Positions 59,649 to 64,000 of a stretch of 64,000 nucleotides of DNA are shown here, in pieces (the first letter of the stretch is position 1; each line of letters starts with the position of its first letter). The notes under the pieces were generated by a model that saw only the letters and a list, made by a program, of their open reading frames with translations, was not told the origin of the DNA and did no database searches. Source of the DNA: an uncultured Candidatus Binatia bacterium (GTDB lineage Bacteria; Desulfobacterota; Binatia; Binatales; Binataceae); assembly GCA_964429575.1 (NCBI GenBank), contig CAYSCX010000013.1, forward strand, positions 588 through 64,587. Direction: 5' to 3'. Both the position numbers and the translations under genes were made by a program.

Positions 59649-61052
59649 ATGCGCTGGAAACTTGTCGGCTTTGGGCTGCTCATGGCGCTCGGGACTGTGG
59701 GGCTCGCGTTCGCCCGATCGATCGACGGGGGGCAACCGGCGTACGACGCATTGCGAGCATGGCCCGCGTCGCTTTTGATCGCTGGTGTCTATTGGCGTGG
59801 ATATGTCGCGGTTAAATCGGCTGGTTCGCGCGCGCTCCCGACGGTCGTAACTTTTGGCGCGATTTTCGCCCTGCTCGGTCTGGTGTTGCCGCCCTTCGAT
59901 TCGCGCGATCTGTACCTCTACGCGAACATCGGATGGCTGCAGCACCACTACCAGCTGAATCCATACACCCGTCTCATTTCGTCGGCACCGGGATGGCAGC
60001 ATGATCCAATGTTCACTCCGCAGTGGGCCTACATGCCCTGCGTGCAGGGATTTCTGTTCGCGCTCTTCACGAGAACGATCACCGCAATCGGTGGAGGCCA
60101 TCTTGCGCTGACGGTCACCCTGTTCAAGGTGGCGTCCGTGGCTGCCTTCGGTGCGATCGCGATGCTCATCCGCGCGATTGGAGCAAGAATCGGTCTCACC
60201 CGAGTCGATTTGGCACTTTATCTGTACCTGTGGAGCCCATTGATCGTCATTCATGAGTTGGCGAACGGTCATAACGACTTGCTGGCCGCGATGTTCGTCA
60301 TGCTCGCCATCTGGTTTGCGGCAGCGGGTTTGCCCTTTCTCGTCCTTCCGATGCTGACTGCCGGCGCCATGATTAAACCCTTCGCCGAGGTGATCCTGCC
60401 CTTTGCTTTTCTCTACGTCGCAAGGCGAAGCGGCCTGTTCCGCGCCCTCGGCAGCTCCGTCGTTGCAGCTACAATCCTCTTTGTTTGCTCAGTGCCGTAT
60501 CTCGGGGATTGGACTCCGTTGCCGGGGGAGATGTTTTTCGGCGTGTTGTTCAGCCCGAACTACTCGTTAGCGTCGTCGGCATACTGGATGGTTGCAGCGG
60601 CAAACAAACTGGTTTCGTTGGGAGCGATTTACCGCTGGGCGAGTAATGCATCGATAATCGCGTTTCTGCTTGCAGGCGGATTGCTGCTCGCAGCCGCCAC
60701 GGTCCGCTTCGCCCGGATTTTGCGGCCGACGATTCAGGACCTAACCGCGGTTTCTGTGTTGGCACAGATGATCCTGATCTTTGTCGCCCTAAGCATGTTT
60801 TTCCCGTGGCACCTGGCGGCGATTTTACCGACCGCGCTGGTGCTCCCGCCGGGTCATTGGCTGCGACGCCTCACGATCGCGCTGTCCATCACGTGGCTGT
60901 TGTACTTTACCGCGATCGGCAACCTCCGCATTCTCAATGCTCTCATCATGACCGCTGTGCCGATGGCTTGGATCGGTCTTGAGCAGTGGGCGGACGTCAA
61001 GTCCACCATCGTCGGTGCGATGGGCATCGATGCCAACCTGCCTGCAAGATGA
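59649..61052 (+). CDS. Polytopic membrane protein, possibly a GT-C-fold glycosyltransferase (DUF2029/GT87-like).
   Basis: The 467-aa protein has at least 10 TM helices, with aromatic/acidic residues in its loops. The family assignment is tentative. Confidence 0.5.
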   Translation: MRWKLVGFGLLMALGTVGLAFARSIDGGQPAYDALRAWPASLLIAGVYWRGYVAVKSAGSRALPTVVTFGAIFALLGLVLPPFDSRDLYLYANIGWLQHHYQLNPYTRLISSAPGWQHDPMFTPQWAYMPCVQGFLFALFTRTITAIGGGHLALTVTLFKVASVAAFGAIAMLIRAIGARIGLTRVDLALYLYLWSPLIVIHELANGHNDLLAAMFVMLAIWFAAAGLPFLVLPMLTAGAMIKPFAEVILPFAFLYVARRSGLFRALGSSVVAATILFVCSVPYLGDWTPLPGEMFFGVLFSPNYSLASSAYWMVAAANKLVSLGAIYRWASNASIIAFLLAGGLLLAAATVRFARILRPTIQDLTAVSVLAQMILIFVALSMFFPWHLAAILPTALVLPPGHWLRRLTIALSITWLLYFTAIGNLRILNALIMTAVPMAWIGLEQWADVKSTIVGAMGIDANLPAR

Positions 61053-61147
61053 ATCGAAGCAGGTGCCCAACTCGCGAAGCGCAGAAACGATTCCGTTCAC
61101 GAAGAACTCCGTTCCCGCGACTCGGATATCAATCGACCGCTGTTGCG

Positions 61148-62164
61148 CTAGCTCTTCTTCTCCAGGTGGCCGCCGAACTCGTAGCGCATCGCCGACAACA
61201 GTTTGTCCGCGAAGTCCGCATTCCCGCGCGACGTAAACCGTTCGTACAGCGCTGCGCTCAGCACAAATGACGGCACGCCCTCATCGATCGCTGCGTCGAT
61301 CGTCCATCGGCCTTCGCCAGAGTCCGACACGCGTCCGCTGAAATTCTTAAGCTGCGGATCAGCGAGGAGCGCGGCCGCGCTCAGGTCAAGCAGCCATGAC
61401 GCGATCACGCTGCCGCGCCGCCATACTTCGGTAATCTCACTGAGGTTCAGATCGTACTGATACAACTCGGGATCGCGCAGTGGCGTCGTCTCGGCATCAA
61501 CTTCCTCCGTGCGCTTTCCCACGTTCGCATTCTTCAGGATGTTCAGCCCCTCGGCGTATGCGGCCATGATTCCGTACTCGATTCCGTTGTGGACCATCTT
61601 GACGAAGTGTCCCGCGCCGTTGGACCCGCAATGCAAGTAGCCATGCTCCGCCGTGCTTCCTTTGACCTTCTCGCGTCCGGGGGTGCGCGGTGCCGCGTCC
61701 ATCGCAGGGGCGAGCGTCGCGAATAGCGGATCGATATGCTTAACGACTTCGGGCTCGCCGCCGATCATCTGGCAGTAGCCGCGCTCCAATCCCCACACTC
61801 CGCCGCTGGTCCCCGAATCGACGTAGTGGATGCCTTTGCGCTCGAGCAGCTTCGCGCGCCGGATGTCATCGACGTAGTACGAATTTCCGCCGTCAACGAT
61901 GATGTCGCCCCTTTCAAAACGGCTTGAAACATCGCTCAACGTTTTCTCGACGACCGCCGCGGGCACCATCAGCCATGTCACGCGCGGCTGCTTGAGTTTC
62001 GCGACAAAGTCATCGAGCGATGCGGCGCCTGCCGCGCCTTCTTTGGCGAGCGCTTTCACCGACGCCGCGTTGACATCGAATACAACGCATTCGTGCCCGC
62101 CGCGGAGCCACCGCCGCACCATGTTGGCGCCCATCCGGCCAAGGCCAATCATTCCTGTCTGCAT
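61148..62164 (-). CDS. gnd: 6-phosphogluconate dehydrogenase (decarboxylating), short form. It starts at MQTGMIGLGRMG after an AAGGAG SD.
   Basis: It has an NAD(P)-binding motif (MIGLGRMGANMV) and the 6PGD C-terminal domain (…HNGIEYGIMAAYAEG…). Confidence 0.85.
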   Translation of the reverse strand: MQTGMIGLGRMGANMVRRWLRGGHECVVFDVNAASVKALAKEGAAGAASLDDFVAKLKQPRVTWLMVPAAVVEKTLSDVSSRFERGDIIVDGGNSYYVDDIRRAKLLERKGIHYVDSGTSGGVWGLERGYCQMIGGEPEVVKHIDPLFATLAPAMDAAPRTPGREKVKGSTAEHGYLHCGSNGAGHFVKMVHNGIEYGIMAAYAEGLNILKNANVGKRTEEVDAETTPLRDPELYQYDLNLSEITEVWRRGSVIASWLLDLSAAALLADPQLKNFSGRVSDSGEGRWTIDAAIDEGVPSFVLSAALYERFTSRGNADFADKLLSAMRYEFGGHLEKKS

Positions 62165-62361
62165 CGCGATTTGCTCCTTATGAACGGTCGCGCACGGTCG
62201 GCCACAGAGCTTCGAGTATCGTCGCTCAACAGCCGCAACGGCGCGCAACCGCAAGCGCACGACGAGATTCCGTCCGACCTTGTTCAAACAAACTAGCAGC
62301 GATTCGCGCGTCGTCGAAAGCGCAGAGATCCGCCGGCGCAGCTATCGGCGAGTGCCCCAAG

Positions 62362-62399
62362 CGGAAAATAGACGAGGCGCGCCATTGTTGGCGCGCCTC
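62362..62399 (-). terminator. Rho-independent terminator after the TadG-like gene: a perfect 11-bp GC-rich stem with a 4-nt loop, followed by UCUAUUUUCC on the minus strand.
   Basis: The plus-strand sequence is ggaaaatagacGAGGCGCGCCAttgtTGGCGCGCCTC. Confidence 0.6.
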
Positions 62400-62428
62400 G
62401 CTAGATCGGCGGCTACTTGCGGTTCGGG

Positions 62429-63351
62429 CTACTCGAGCAATCGCACCGCGAGCGCGCCATACGCCGGAGCGTTCGGGTCGGGGATATCGGAGCTAGTGAC
62501 CTGCCGAATGAACTGCGTGGTGATTAGGCCGTTGCCCGAGTACCCCTGGACCCATAGCACCGCGAAGCCGAGTACAGGTACCTCCGACTTGCCGTTGATA
62601 GCCGTGAAATCCACTATGGGTACTTGGATTATCCTCGGGTCGTTGATCGGATGATCAGTTGACGAGGCGCCGGGGTTCGCGCTCAAGCCGGCATTGATCC
62701 GATCGTTGATGCCTTGCTGGGTCGGGCCGACCATTACCCCGGTCTCGGTAGCAACGTAATCGGTGATGCTTACCACGCCGTCATAGCCGTATTGGATGTT
62801 TTCGCGGTACACGTCGCCGCCAGGCCCTCCGAGCGCCAGCGGCTGCCAGTTGCCCGGACCGACCGAATTCAGCTTCAGCACGATGGTCCTGTACGGCGTC
62901 ATATCGGTCCGGTAGTCAACCCCGATCGGGACAAGTCCACGCGCCTTGCCGACCGGCAGAACACCGGCGATCGCGCGCACGCTTACTGGCGCGTCCTGGA
63001 GCCCGAGCACGCGCGCAAAGTAGTACGGGACGGTCCGGCTGAGCCGGATCTCGATGCTCATATTGTCGCCGGCAACATTCGTTGCAGTGATTTCGGCGCC
63101 TTCGATTCCGTTTTGAGTCGCGTAGTTATTCGCGGTGGTGCGAGCGTAATCCGGATTGGTGGGCAGGAAGTTCGCGCCCGCGAGCACCGCCGCGTCGGCT
63201 GCCTTCTGCAACAGCGACCAGTGGTAGTAGAATACGGCGACGTCGGTGCCAAGCGCCGTCACACCGAGCAACGCGGCGAGAGATACCGCGATGGCGACTC
63301 CGATCTGCCCGTTGGAGCGTCTTCGAAGAATCTGTACTGGGCGTCGCATGC
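62429..63351 (-). CDS. TadE/TadG-like (Flp-pilus-assembly pseudopilin-like) protein. It starts at the internal MRRPVQIL… after a GGAGG SD.
   Basis: The N-terminus (GQIGVAIAVSLAALLGVTALGTDVAVFYYHWSLLQKAADAAVLAGA) matches the TadE/G signature. No other tad or flp genes are nearby. Confidence 0.6.
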
Positions 63352-63731
63352 GACTCCTCCGTCGATAAGCCGTGAGGACGCACGAACCAAGTGCAAATCC
63401 GCTTGGAGACCTCTCCCGCAACCAAGGGAACGGCCTGCAAGAGGAAGCGTCCTCCCCGCGACGCAAGGGCGCACGATGTATGCCAACGCGTCATTTGGCG
63501 ACGTACAGATTCAAATGAAGCCTAGACGACTCTCTGTTTTCACCGAAGCAACTGTTGTTGCGGTGATGCCAACTCTCGATGGTGAAAAATTTCGAGGGTG
63601 TCGAAAACATTGAACCCGCAGGGGTGAACAGTTGCGCTTATTTCACGCTTGGGAAGCGCAATTTGCGGCCAATCAGGGCCATCCGAGACGCGCCTGAGCG
63701 GTCGCGAGATCTGTGAAGACGCGATTCCCGA

Positions 63732-64000
63732 TCAGGCGAGCGGCTTGCCCCACGAATCGAGGAACGTCAGCTCCTCCACCGAGCGGCGCGTGATCGGACC
63801 ATGACCGCGCCCGACCGGATATCCAATCGGGATCGCGGCCGCCGTGCCCCACGGCTCCGGGATCGCCAGCAGCTCCCGCACTTCCGGCTCGCATTCGCAG
63901 AGCAGAGTCGTAAGCACGCAGCCCAGTCCCTCGGCCCGGCACGCCAGCAGCAGGTTCTCGACCGCCGGGTACACCGACGCGCCGCCGACCACCGAAACTC
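63732..64000 (-). CDS. Nitroreductase-family protein, C-terminal part only. The gene continues beyond the window.
   Basis: The sequence GGASVYPAVENLLLACRAEGLGCVLTT matches the nitroreductase C-terminus. Confidence 0.6.
   Translation of the reverse strand, partial: VSVVGGASVYPAVENLLLACRAEGLGCVLTTLLCECEPEVRELLAIPEPWGTAAAIPIGYPVGRGHGPITRRSVEELTFLDSWGKPLA

Noticed and set aside
63480-63660. A possible Flp pilin or other small gene in the AT-rich region upstream of the TadG-like gene.
   Set aside because: The six-frame reading gives only short, low-GC3 ORFs (for example the 33-aa MFSTPSKFF…) with no Flp-like G/A-x-x-x-x-E-Y motif or hydrophobic helix. I treat the region as non-coding promoter or foreign DNA.

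Overview
This is a high-GC (about 65-67%) bacterial chromosomal segment, mostly core housekeeping genes in conserved syntenies, with several accessory or regulatory islands between them. Gene order, left to right (strand in brackets where it matters):
- 1-4171: lexA 3' end (+), an orphan sensor-less histidine kinase (-), cstA (-), tatA (-).
- 4258-10734: a PAS sensor kinase and a sigma54-dependent NtrC-type regulator (-), divergent from an 851-aa multidomain GT2 glycosyltransferase (+) that is preceded by a GG-N10-GC sigma54-type promoter and palindromic upstream sites; then a MerR regulator (-).
- 10731-17894, all (-): ihfA, pheT, pheS, an intrinsic terminator, rplT, rpmI, infC, thrS, tRNA-Val(GAC).
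- 18183-25738: AI-2E transporter (+), mgtE (-), cca (+), then an ABC importer with a duplicated-ATPase subunit and two permeases but no binding protein.
- 25762-31507: a possible Cys-rich zinc-ribbon mini-protein followed by a 190-bp region with three perfect hairpins; trmL, a conserved hypothetical and dtd (-); lgt, a TlpA-like redoxin, ctpA and bioD (+).
- 31543-39075: xseA, xseB, tlyA, ROK glucokinase, a LysM/coiled-coil/TM protein, enoyl-CoA hydratase (+); GPH-family MFS symporter (-); secreted hypothetical (+).
- 39169-48859: GNAT acetyltransferase and an orphan ViaA-like vWA protein (-); hrcA-grpE-dnaK-dnaJ (+); SAM methyltransferase, aroE, pyrE (-).
- 49012-52539: an srsABC-like phenolic-lipid operon (type III PKS, ICMT-family methyltransferase, FAD monooxygenase) plus a membrane protein.
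- 52560-59585: a VOC protein, then pdxR-pdxS-[group II PLP decarboxylase]-pdxT, and a DUF35 plus SCP-x-type thiolase pair (all -); a 59-aa unannotated ORF; tRNA-fMet with a sigma70-like promoter.
- 59649-64000: a polytopic membrane GT-C-like protein (+), short-form gnd (-), an orphan TadE/G-like protein (-), and a partial nitroreductase (-).
I found no CRISPR array, transposase, integrase or phage genes. Many long antisense ORFs in the track are GC-driven artefacts.
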